Both the position numbers and the translations under genes were made by a program. From the NCBI GenBank assembly GCA_017541025.1, contig JAFXZY010000008.1, positions 44,535 through 108,534 of the forward strand: a stretch of DNA of 64,000 nt, read 5' to 3'. The notes beneath the pieces are model-generated. The model worked only from the letters and a program-made list of their open reading frames with translations. It was not told the DNA's origin and made no database searches. This document shows positions 36,648 to 44,562 of this stretch, piece after piece. This stretch comes from Bacteroidaceae bacterium (GTDB lineage: Bacteria > Bacteroidota > Bacteroidia > Bacteroidales > Bacteroidaceae). How positions within the stretch are numbered: position 1 is the first letter of the stretch; each line of letters starts with the position of its first letter.

Positions 36648-38519
36648 ATGAAGTCATACATGAAAAAAAGAATGAAAGACAAAAAAGATATATCATTACA
36701 TATCATAGATTACCTTACAGGAGAAATCATGCAAGAGGATGCTGAGGCCCTTGCTCAATGGGTCATGGAATCCGAAGAGAATGCTCGGCAGTTTGTTCGC
36801 ATGAAAGAGGCATGGATGGGTTCTTCTATCATTGAGAAAGCATACGACGGAGAAAAAGCTTTCCTGCGTTTTAAGAGACACGTGCTTAATCAATCTATTA
36901 TACCTAATACTACATGGATGCAACGTCACCAGTCGACAGTACGCAATGCCATGCTGTGGGCTGCAGCTATTCTGTTCCCCATCCTGCTCACCTGCACAAC
37001 CATCATGTACTACAATATCAGCAATCTGACTGACGGAGAGATGGTCGCATCTACGATGGCTGGCGAGACGTCAACGTTACAACTACCCGATGGCACTAAG
37101 GTGATATTAAAGGAAAACTCAGAGATTTCCTATTCAACAAGTGACTTTGTACGCGGAAACCGTAATATCAAATTCCAAGGCTCCGCTTATTTCAATGTTA
37201 CGTCAGATGCAAGCCACCCTTTCCTGATTACAACAGGAAAAGAGCAAGTGCGCGTATTAGGAACAGAATTCTTTTTGGTCAGTGAGAAAGGCAGTCACAA
37301 GGATCTCCTTTCACTGGACAAAGGAATTGTGGAATTTACTGACAATAAAACTGGTGAAGTGGTACACATGAAAGCCGGTGATGAACTTGTTTACAACACG
37401 CTTACCGGTAACACCTATTGCAGAGCACGTACTCAGGACGAGGTTAAATTGGCTCAGGAGACCAACAGAAGTAACTCCGTTTCCAAAGCCGTTTATGCTG
37501 AGCTGGAAAAGTTGGCAAGTGACCGTGGCGGAAATCATACTATTCAGCTGAATGTGAGTAAGGGCTTAAAGGCAGGCCTTTATGAGGTGGAGATATATTC
37601 TAACAATGAGATGGCTCGTTTTACGCCAGCCAGAGATGCAGCAAAATTCTCTGGTGGAGACGGCAGCAAAGAACATCCGTATCTCATCAGCAACTCCCGC
37701 CAAATGTGTAATATGAAGTCGGCTCTTACCCCTTATAAAATGACTTATTTCGCACTTACCAGCGATATCGACCTACAGAGTGTTGAGTGGACACCCTTGA
37801 ACGACAGAGCTGACGAATACTCTCTTTGGATAACATTTGATGGAAACGGGCATGTAATCCGTAACCTTACTACTGCACGTACCTGTTATTATGGCAGCTT
37901 CTTTGGCGTTTTATGCGGTACCTGCAAAAATGTAGGTTTTGAGAATGTCAATATCTTCTGTACCGGCTACGGAGCCGGAGCTATAGCCGGGTATCTGGGA
38001 CATTCTGCATATCCTAACATGTCAGTTATAGAAAATTGCTATGCTACCGGTAGAGTTAGCGGGCAAGGATATGCTGGAGGTCTTGTTGGCAACGTTGGCA
38101 GCAAATCTATCCTTAACAATTGTTATTCCTCTGTAGATGTAAACAGCATCAGCAGCTATGCTGGAGGATTGGTAGGAAAGGTACGTGCCCCATTTGTAAT
38201 GGAAGGCTGCTACAGCACAGGAAATGTGTCCGGCCAATATGCAGGAGGACTAGTAGCTGGAGGGCAACTCAAGAGCACACCCCACTCCCGTTACAATAAC
38301 GTTATAGCTATCAATCCCAGTGTGTACGGTTCGCTCCAGTCGTATGCCGTTATGCCTATTATTGATGGTGACACATTGAATCATGTGTCACACTCATCCA
38401 ACCTCTATCTGAATGGCAAGCGCTTGGAGAACGGATTGTCAGACAGAGAGGTAAAAGAGCGGCTGAACGACATGCGAAACGTTTGGTACAGTACCAAAGT
38501 AAGGCAAACTGCCGAATAA
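36648..38519 (+). CDS. FecR-type anti-sigma factor fused to a periplasmic GLUG-motif beta-helix domain
   Basis: N-terminal anti-sigma helix, TM helix (AMLWAAAILFPILLTCTTIMYY) and FecR domain (LQLPDGTKVILKENSEISY...VRVLGTEFFL). From ~37646 there are DGSKEHPYLISNSRQM...FDGNGHVIRNL and repeated GAGAIAGYLG / YAGGLVGNVG / YAGGLVGKVR / YAGGLVAGG. Confidence 0.75.
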   Translation: MKSYMKKRMKDKKDISLHIIDYLTGEIMQEDAEALAQWVMESEENARQFVRMKEAWMGSSIIEKAYDGEKAFLRFKRHVLNQSIIPNTTWMQRHQSTVRNAMLWAAAILFPILLTCTTIMYYNISNLTDGEMVASTMAGETSTLQLPDGTKVILKENSEISYSTSDFVRGNRNIKFQGSAYFNVTSDASHPFLITTGKEQVRVLGTEFFLVSEKGSHKDLLSLDKGIVEFTDNKTGEVVHMKAGDELVYNTLTGNTYCRARTQDEVKLAQETNRSNSVSKAVYAELEKLASDRGGNHTIQLNVSKGLKAGLYEVEIYSNNEMARFTPARDAAKFSGGDGSKEHPYLISNSRQMCNMKSALTPYKMTYFALTSDIDLQSVEWTPLNDRADEYSLWITFDGNGHVIRNLTTARTCYYGSFFGVLCGTCKNVGFENVNIFCTGYGAGAIAGYLGHSAYPNMSVIENCYATGRVSGQGYAGGLVGNVGSKSILNNCYSSVDVNSISSYAGGLVGKVRAPFVMEGCYSTGNVSGQYAGGLVAGGQLKSTPHSRYNNVIAINPSVYGSLQSYAVMPIIDGDTLNHVSHSSNLYLNGKRLENGLSDREVKERLNDMRNVWYSTKVRQTAE

Positions 38520-38576
38520 AATCAATTTCATTTCTTTTTTTCTGCCCAAAAGTTTGGTGGAAAGCAGAAAAAGCCA

Positions 38577-38584
38577 TACCTTTG
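38577..38584 (+). promoter_or_regulatory. Bacteroidetes -7 box (TACCTTTG) for the tRNA
   Basis: Matches TAnnTTTG, about 20 nt upstream of tRNA position 1. Confidence 0.5.
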
Positions 38585-38603
38585 CAACCGCAAACGCAAA
38601 AAT

Positions 38604-38677
38604 GGCGGGATAGCTCAGCTGGTTAGAGCGTCGGATTCATAATCCGGAGGTCGTGGGATCGTGACCCACTCCCGCTA
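38604..38677 (+). tRNA. tRNA with anticodon CAU (elongator Met, or Ile2 if lysidinylated); non-canonical T-loop
   Basis: Manual cloverleaf: acceptor GGCGGGA/TCCCGCT (G1.U72), D arm GCTC-AGCTGGTTA-GAGC, anticodon arm TCGGA-TTCATAA-TCCGG, variable loop AGGTC, T arm GTGGG-ATCGTGA-CCCAC, discriminator A. No encoded CCA. Confidence 0.8.
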
Positions 38678-38717
38678 CTGAAAAGAGATTTACGAATCAT
38701 CGTAGATCTCTTTTCAG
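38678..38717 (+). other. Perfect 12-bp hairpin directly 3' of the tRNA (possible processing or termination structure), followed by A9
   Basis: CTGAAAAGAGAT-N16-ATCTCTTTTCAG. There is no downstream U tract on the plus strand. Confidence 0.5.
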
Positions 38718-38760
38718 TAAAAAAAAACTAATGATTTATTTCTATTCAGAAAAATAATCA

Positions 38761-38768
38761 TATCTTTG
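38761..38768 (+). promoter_or_regulatory. Bacteroidetes -7 box (TATCTTTG) for the 1564-aa gene
   Basis: Matches TAnnTTTG, 48 nt upstream of the ATG at 38816. Confidence 0.4.
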
Positions 38769-38815
38769 CCAACGTAAAAGCAAAAATAACTATGTTAACT
38801 TAATAATCAAGTAAG

Positions 38816-41800
38816 ATGAGAAAGACAACTACTTCCGTTTTCCTTATTGGACTGCTAAGCATGGTGGGAATCTGTGCTTGGGCACAAGAGAGTGACCGAC
38901 TCTCATTTGGCGTCATTTCCGATGTCCACTTCGAGAACAATGTTGGTGAGGGAGCTATGGTAAAAGTACCTCAGGCCTTAAAAAACCTCACTTCCCATGG
39001 GAACCTAGATGCTTTGGCTGTGGTTGGCGACCTTGCCAATGCAGGAAAAGCCTCTGAATACCAGATGCTCACAAGTGTCTTTTCTGACAAGGCAAACTTC
39101 ACGAATCCTGTAGGAACGTTCCTCTTCATGATGGGCAACCATGACAATATGGATGCCAACGGAACAGCAAACTACCAGAATGGGCTGAAATCCTTCAATA
39201 ATGATGCGCTTTACCCCTTGCATCAGTACAAGGTTATCAAGGGCTATCCCTTCATCACCATCAGTATGCGCACCAGTTCCAGCAATGATACCGGTAATGC
39301 AGCTACAGGAACTGCTGCCTATCCTGAGGATGTGGTAAATCAGTTGGAAGCCTGGTTGGAGCAGGCAAGCAAGGAATGCCCAGGCAAACCTATCTTTGTA
39401 TTCACTCACGTACCGCCACGTTGGACGGTATATGGTTCATGGCCTGAATACGAGTCGGGTGGCGCATGGGGCATGAAGGTGCTGAACCCCGTGCTCAACA
39501 AATACCCACAGGCAGTAGTGTTTGCCGGACACAGCCATTATCCTCTGGGCGATCCGCGCAGCATTCACCAGGGTGCCAACCCCAATTCGGAACGCAAGAA
39601 CTATTATACAGTTATCAATACAGGAAGCACCACTTATTCCGAGATTAACCCCGGAGCCGTCAATGCAGACATACATCCCGAAGGTTACACCTATGTCACC
39701 GAAGGTATGATTGTACGTGAGATGGAAAATGGTGATATCGACATCACCCGCTATGATACCTATCGCAATCTTGAAATCGGTGCTACGCATTGGGTGCTGA
39801 AGGCTCCCTTCGACGGTTCAAAGTTCGAATATGCCGACATCCGCGATACCGATGACAATCCCAACAATATTTCCTTATGGAAAGGCTTGTCTGATCCCGT
39901 ATTTACCAAGAGTGCCGAGATAACGGTGAAACCCCTCGCCTACGAAGCTACTGCATCGTTTCCGCAGGCTAAGGATGACGAGTGCGTATTCCGCTACCGT
40001 ATTCGTCTCAGCAAGAACGGACTGGTGATTTCCGAGAAATTCATTTTCTCACAATTCTACTTGAATGCCGATGCACCTCAGACATTGAGTTTCAATCTGC
40101 CTAATCTTTCCGCCGAAACAGAATACAAACTGGAAGTTGTGGCCTACGACTCTTATGACAACGTTTCCATGCCACTTACCACGACCTTCAAGACCCTCGA
40201 AGCTACTGAAGGAAATACGATTCCCGATGCCGACGGCCAATGGCAGTTCCAGGATGCAGAGGACCTGCTGAAACCCGCACAAGGCAACCTGTCCTTAACG
40301 CCTTGCATCGTTGGCAGCAAGAAGGTAGAAGTGGCTGAGAGTCTGGAAGATGCAGACATTCATTCAACCGAAGGCCCCACTGCCGAGAACAAGGCCATTC
40401 TAGTTCCCAAAAACTCCGCATTGAGAGTAAATCGCATTGCAGGCACACCCACTCAAAACTACACTATCCTGATGGACATAAAGATGAAGAATGCCGTTTC
40501 TTACAACGGGTTGCTCCAGACCAATCAAGGCAATACTAACGACGGCGACTTGTTTATTTACCAGAACACTATCGGCATGAATGCCATGGGAGGATATTTT
40601 GGTGAAATCAAGAACGACACATGGTATCGCATCGTTATGCTGAACCGCAATGATAGGGTCTGTGTCTTTGTAGATGGAGAGAAAATTATTGAGAAAGAAA
40701 CCGCAGACTTACGTTGGGAACTTGACCCATGGGGATTCTATCTCTTCTGCGATGAAGACGGCGAGATGACAGATACCGAAGTGTCCGAGGTGGCCTTCTG
40801 GGAGAAAGCGCTCTCAGATAATCAGGTACGAAGTCTCTCCGGGCTTGGCCCCATCGAGGAGAGTCAGCTGGATCCATACCTTACCGTTAAGACCCCCAAC
40901 GTCAGACTGGTGAACGAGCAAGACTTCTCCATCACCGTAGATGCCAATGTAGCTTTCACGTTCGAACTCCCCGACTGGATTGAGCCCGTCGATGTAACAC
41001 CCTTCGTGGGTGAGAGAGCATATACCTTCCGCATAAAGACCGATGTACAGAACGAACGTTTCGAGGGCATAGTTAAGGTCGTAAGCGAAGAGGCGGGCAC
41101 ACAGGATGTTGAGGTCGTGGTATTCATGGGCGATGATATTCCCGAAGTGCTGGGTTCCTGGACTTTCGACGATGCAAACAATCTTCTGGACGGAGGCACC
41201 TATCCCTCTATCATACAGGGAGCTTCCAAAGGCAGCGAAGGCCCGGAGAAGAACTCCGACCTCGCCTCCATTGGGATTTCCCCCGTTGCAGGTCCTGTAG
41301 AAGATAACGGAGCCATCAGCGTCCCCAAGGACGCCTATCTCTGGTTTACGCCCAACGCCAACACAGATATCCTTCACGACTACACCCTTCTCCTTGATAT
41401 AAAGCCTGCCAACCTGACCGGCTACAAGTCCATCTTACAACACGACATCACCAACCAGGAAGATGCCGGGCTCTTTATCAAGAACAACCAGGTAGGACGC
41501 GGTGGGTCTATCGGATATGTAGGCAACCTGCAACTTGACAAGTGGTACCGTGTGTTGTTTGTGGTTAAGAACAACCGTGCCACCTTATATCTCGACGGAG
41601 AGAAAGCTGGCGAGTCCTCCTCTCAACAGGAGTATTGGACCATCACCAGCGAAGCCCTGCTCTTTGCCGATAACGACGGCGAGGAAGGATTGATTGATAT
41701 CGCCAGTATGCGTTTCTGGGATCTTCCTCTTTCTGCAACTCAGGCCAAGAGGCTCGGCGATGTTTATAAGGATGTAGAAGAATACTTTGCAGTACAGACC

Positions 41801-43510
41801 ACAGGTGTGCGCCTCCTTGAGAAAACAGACTTTACCATCTCTGTCAACTCCAATGTTCCCTTTACCTTCGACTTCCCCGAATGGATAGAACCCGTCGATA
41901 CCGCATTTGCCATCGGTGAAAAGGAATACAAGTTCCGTGCCACACCTCTGGAAGAGGCTGGTCGGAGAGATGCCATCATCGAGGTCAATGCAGAATACTT
42001 CCCCCTACAGGAGGTGAATGTTCTCCAAATCAAGGTGGGCGAGGAACTGCCCGAGAGTACAGGAAACTGGACATTCGACGACACCTCTAACCTCATGAAA
42101 GGAACAGGTACTGCCACCATTAAGGCTGCATTCAAGACCGAGGATGGTCCGCAGACCACCGACGACCCCTCAGAGGCTGAAATAGAAACCGTAGAAGGAC
42201 CGACGGACGAGAATAAAGCCATAACCATGCCTGTATCGGCTTACCTCATGCTAACCAATAATACGGGCTTTGCCGAACTCACAGACTACAGCATTATGTT
42301 TGATGTAAGGCCCTTGACGCTGAATGGCTATCGCGCACTTCTACAGACCAATCCGCTTAACACCACAGACGGCTGCTTCTTTATTAGGAATGGAGCTATT
42401 GGCTTGAACAACAACGGATTAGGCTATCATGGCGTCATGCAAGATGGCAAGTGGCACCGCATCGTCTTTGTTGTTAAGGAAGGCTTTGCCTATACCTATT
42501 TGGACGGGAAGAGAGTGGGACAAAGCACCGTGGCCGACTTCACCTTATGGACCCTACGCCCCGATGCGCTTCTTTTTGCCGACAATAACGACGAGGACGG
42601 CTATAACGAAATTGCCGAGGTAGGCTTCTGGGATGTTCCTCTAACCGACGAGCATGTAGCACTTCTGGGCGATGTACAGCAGGGTTGGATTGACGACCCC
42701 ATGGAAGACCCCATTAGCGTATGGACCTTCGACGATAAGACCGACCTTCTGGCAGGCACAGGCACTGCTACCCTACGAGGTGCTGTCAAAGGCGAAGAAG
42801 GATACCCTGTTGCCACAGACGACCTTGCAGCGGCCGGCATTGTTCCTACAGGAGGACCTACGATGAGCAATGGCGCCATTAGCGTTCCTGTTGACACTTA
42901 TCTGCAGTTCATGCACAATCAGGAGGACGACCAGTCAACCTTCACCTTTATGATGGACATCCATCCCAAGGACATAACCATTTACAATGCACTCTTCCAG
43001 AGCCAAGTCCTGAACAATAAGGATGCCAGCCTCTTCATCAACCCGCAGCAGAAACTGGGCATCAACACAAACGGACTGGGCTACGGCGGAACCATAGTTG
43101 AAGGGAAATGGCACCGCATCGTCTTTGTCGTTGATAACTGTAGCATTACCACCTATCTCGACGGAGACAGGATTGGGTCATCCTCTTCAGCCAATTCCGA
43201 CAAGTGGATACTTCATGATGTTGCCTATTTCTTTGCCGACGAAGATGGCGAGGAAGGCATAGTGGACATTGCCGAGCTCCGCTATTGGGATGTGGCTCTC
43301 GCCGCCGTACATGTTGAGCAACTGGGCACCGTAGAGGAGGATCCCGATGCTATCAGGACTATTGATAATGCTCAATGTTCAATGTTCAATGTTCAATCAG
43401 GCAACATCTACGACCTCACAGGCCGAAAGCTCAATGTTCACCCTTCCATGTTCAATGGATTAAGGAAAGGTATCTATATCAAGAACGGGAAAAAGGTGGC
43501 AATAAAGTAA
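38816..43510 (+). CDS. Giant T9SS-secreted protein: metallophosphoesterase, Fn3-like domain, 4 LamG-like (concanavalin-type) modules, 2 Ig-like modules and a T9SS C-terminal sorting domain
   Basis: Signal peptide. Calcineurin-like motifs GVISDVHFE, VVGDLANAG, MGNHD, FTHVPP and AGHSHYP. Four repeats of W-TFDD...Y(T/S)(I/L)..D(I/V)(K/R)P...LLQ...(K/T)W(Y/H)R(I/V)....DG(E/K/D)(K/R)...LFADNDGEEG...FWD. C-terminus is IYDLTGRKL...GLRKGIYIKNGKKVAIK. Confidence 0.8.
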   Translation: MRKTTTSVFLIGLLSMVGICAWAQESDRLSFGVISDVHFENNVGEGAMVKVPQALKNLTSHGNLDALAVVGDLANAGKASEYQMLTSVFSDKANFTNPVGTFLFMMGNHDNMDANGTANYQNGLKSFNNDALYPLHQYKVIKGYPFITISMRTSSSNDTGNAATGTAAYPEDVVNQLEAWLEQASKECPGKPIFVFTHVPPRWTVYGSWPEYESGGAWGMKVLNPVLNKYPQAVVFAGHSHYPLGDPRSIHQGANPNSERKNYYTVINTGSTTYSEINPGAVNADIHPEGYTYVTEGMIVREMENGDIDITRYDTYRNLEIGATHWVLKAPFDGSKFEYADIRDTDDNPNNISLWKGLSDPVFTKSAEITVKPLAYEATASFPQAKDDECVFRYRIRLSKNGLVISEKFIFSQFYLNADAPQTLSFNLPNLSAETEYKLEVVAYDSYDNVSMPLTTTFKTLEATEGNTIPDADGQWQFQDAEDLLKPAQGNLSLTPCIVGSKKVEVAESLEDADIHSTEGPTAENKAILVPKNSALRVNRIAGTPTQNYTILMDIKMKNAVSYNGLLQTNQGNTNDGDLFIYQNTIGMNAMGGYFGEIKNDTWYRIVMLNRNDRVCVFVDGEKIIEKETADLRWELDPWGFYLFCDEDGEMTDTEVSEVAFWEKALSDNQVRSLSGLGPIEESQLDPYLTVKTPNVRLVNEQDFSITVDANVAFTFELPDWIEPVDVTPFVGERAYTFRIKTDVQNERFEGIVKVVSEEAGTQDVEVVVFMGDDIPEVLGSWTFDDANNLLDGGTYPSIIQGASKGSEGPEKNSDLASIGISPVAGPVEDNGAISVPKDAYLWFTPNANTDILHDYTLLLDIKPANLTGYKSILQHDITNQEDAGLFIKNNQVGRGGSIGYVGNLQLDKWYRVLFVVKNNRATLYLDGEKAGESSSQQEYWTITSEALLFADNDGEEGLIDIASMRFWDLPLSATQAKRLGDVYKDVEEYFAVQTTGVRLLEKTDFTISVNSNVPFTFDFPEWIEPVDTAFAIGEKEYKFRATPLEEAGRRDAIIEVNAEYFPLQEVNVLQIKVGEELPESTGNWTFDDTSNLMKGTGTATIKAAFKTEDGPQTTDDPSEAEIETVEGPTDENKAITMPVSAYLMLTNNTGFAELTDYSIMFDVRPLTLNGYRALLQTNPLNTTDGCFFIRNGAIGLNNNGLGYHGVMQDGKWHRIVFVVKEGFAYTYLDGKRVGQSTVADFTLWTLRPDALLFADNNDEDGYNEIAEVGFWDVPLTDEHVALLGDVQQGWIDDPMEDPISVWTFDDKTDLLAGTGTATLRGAVKGEEGYPVATDDLAAAGIVPTGGPTMSNGAISVPVDTYLQFMHNQEDDQSTFTFMMDIHPKDITIYNALFQSQVLNNKDASLFINPQQKLGINTNGLGYGGTIVEGKWHRIVFVVDNCSITTYLDGDRIGSSSSANSDKWILHDVAYFFADEDGEEGIVDIAELRYWDVALAAVHVEQLGTVEEDPDAIRTIDNAQCSMFNVQSGNIYDLTGRKLNVHPSMFNGLRKGIYIKNGKKVAIK
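40235..43340 (+). repeat. Intragenic protein-level repeats: LamG-like modules (~40235-40852, 41153-41763, 42062-42685, 42716-43340) with Ig-like spacers (~40853-41150, 41764-42060)
   Basis: Boundaries were read from the recurring GxWxFxD starts and the (R/L)xxLGxV ends. The modules are diverged at nucleotide level. Confidence 0.65.
43372..43398. repeat. Heptamer tandem repeat (CAATGTT)x3.5 inside the T9SS C-terminal domain coding region
   Basis: TCAATGTTCAATGTTCAATGTTCAATC is translated in frame as AQCSMFNVQS. Partial copies lie at 43431-43444 and 43447-43459. Confidence 0.8.
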
Positions 43511-43516
43511 CCAAAG

Positions 43517-43550
43517 ATACCGGTGTTCCTTCCTCAAAGAACACCGGTAT
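43517..43550. terminator. 12-bp stem hairpin between convergent genes
   Basis: ATACCGGTGTTC-N10-GAACACCGGTAT, 7 nt after the stop of the 1564-aa gene. Confidence 0.6.
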
Positions 43551-43620
43551 TCATATTGAGCCGTTTTTTGCCATTCTTGTGACAACAAAACGGTCATATC
43601 GTCGAAGTAGCTGAAATGCT

Positions 43621-44421
43621 TTATTTTACTATTTGCTTTACAGGAAAGTTGAAGTAGGTATCCGGGAAGGGCTCGTCCTTCAATGTAAAATGCCACCACT
43701 CGCTCTCTAATCCTTTGAAACCGTGACGTAGCATGGCCTGACGCAGAATCATACGGTTACGGAACTGCTCAGGAGTGATGGAACGTCCTACAGGACTTTT
43801 GCTGTTATCACCCGTAAATTCTGCCGAATCGGGATTGCCGCAGAAGTCGGGATGGCTCTCAGGACCGAACCAGTCGAACGTGCCGCCCATATCCAACTCC
43901 TTCTCTGTCTCCATATCAAAAAGGGTCAGGTCAACGGTCGAACCTCTCGAATGACCGCTCTTCGCATAAATGTATTCTTGTTCGAAGAGAACACTCTTGT
44001 CAAGGTCAGGATAGAAATAATGCTTCATCAGCGTATCGGGTATATTGGCTGCCCAACGGACAAAATGGTCCACAGCCTGCTGAGGACGGTAAGCATCGTA
44101 AATCTTCAGCCGGTAGCCCAAAGCCTTCACATCATCGCTGACAGCCTTGAGGCTATCGGCAGCCACACGGGTCAAGAGAGCTGTGGGTTCCAGGTAACCG
44201 TCAATTCTGGTTCCTACAAAGTTATAGGTGCCAAAGTAGCGAATCTCCATAATGGCATCGGGCACAGCATCCGTCAGCGTGACAAACTGGCTGACATCCT
44301 CAGAAACTTCTGCATCAGCTGTTCTGGCCTGTTTTTTGCCATCGATACCTATGGTTACAACAAGTATTCCTATTGTTAATAATATAAGGGCAATCAGCAT
44401 GCCCAATCTTGATCTGTTCAT
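43621..44421 (-). CDS. D-alanyl-D-alanine dipeptidase (VanX/DdpX, M15D family), membrane-anchored or secreted
   Basis: YDAYRPQQAVDHF, SGHSRGSTVDLTL and SEWWHFTL. N-terminal TM helix. Confidence 0.85.
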   Translation of the reverse strand: MNRSRLGMLIALILLTIGILVVTIGIDGKKQARTADAEVSEDVSQFVTLTDAVPDAIMEIRYFGTYNFVGTRIDGYLEPTALLTRVAADSLKAVSDDVKALGYRLKIYDAYRPQQAVDHFVRWAANIPDTLMKHYFYPDLDKSVLFEQEYIYAKSGHSRGSTVDLTLFDMETEKELDMGGTFDWFGPESHPDFCGNPDSAEFTGDNSKSPVGRSITPEQFRNRMILRQAMLRHGFKGLESEWWHFTLKDEPFPDTYFNFPVKQIVK

Positions 44422-44517
44422 GTTAGTTTTCTGCTTAAGAATCTGTTTTCTGAGACAAAGTTAAGTAAAAAAGTGAAAACTAAATCTTGATTCATGAAAA
44501 ATATACCAAAATAATTG

Positions 44518-44525
44518 TACCTTTG
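44518..44525 (+). promoter_or_regulatory. Bacteroidetes -7 box (TACCTTTG) for the esterase gene
   Basis: Matches TAnnTTTG, 38 nt upstream of the ATG at 44563. Confidence 0.4.
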
Positions 44526-44562
44526 TACGAAGATGTACCACTTTAAACCATATTAGTTACCT

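Noticed and set aside
38604-44421. Whether the tRNA marks the integration site of a genomic island carrying the giant T9SS cargo gene.
   Set aside because: I found no integrase or recombinase, no direct repeat of the tRNA 3' end downstream, and no mobility genes. The downstream genes look chromosomal.
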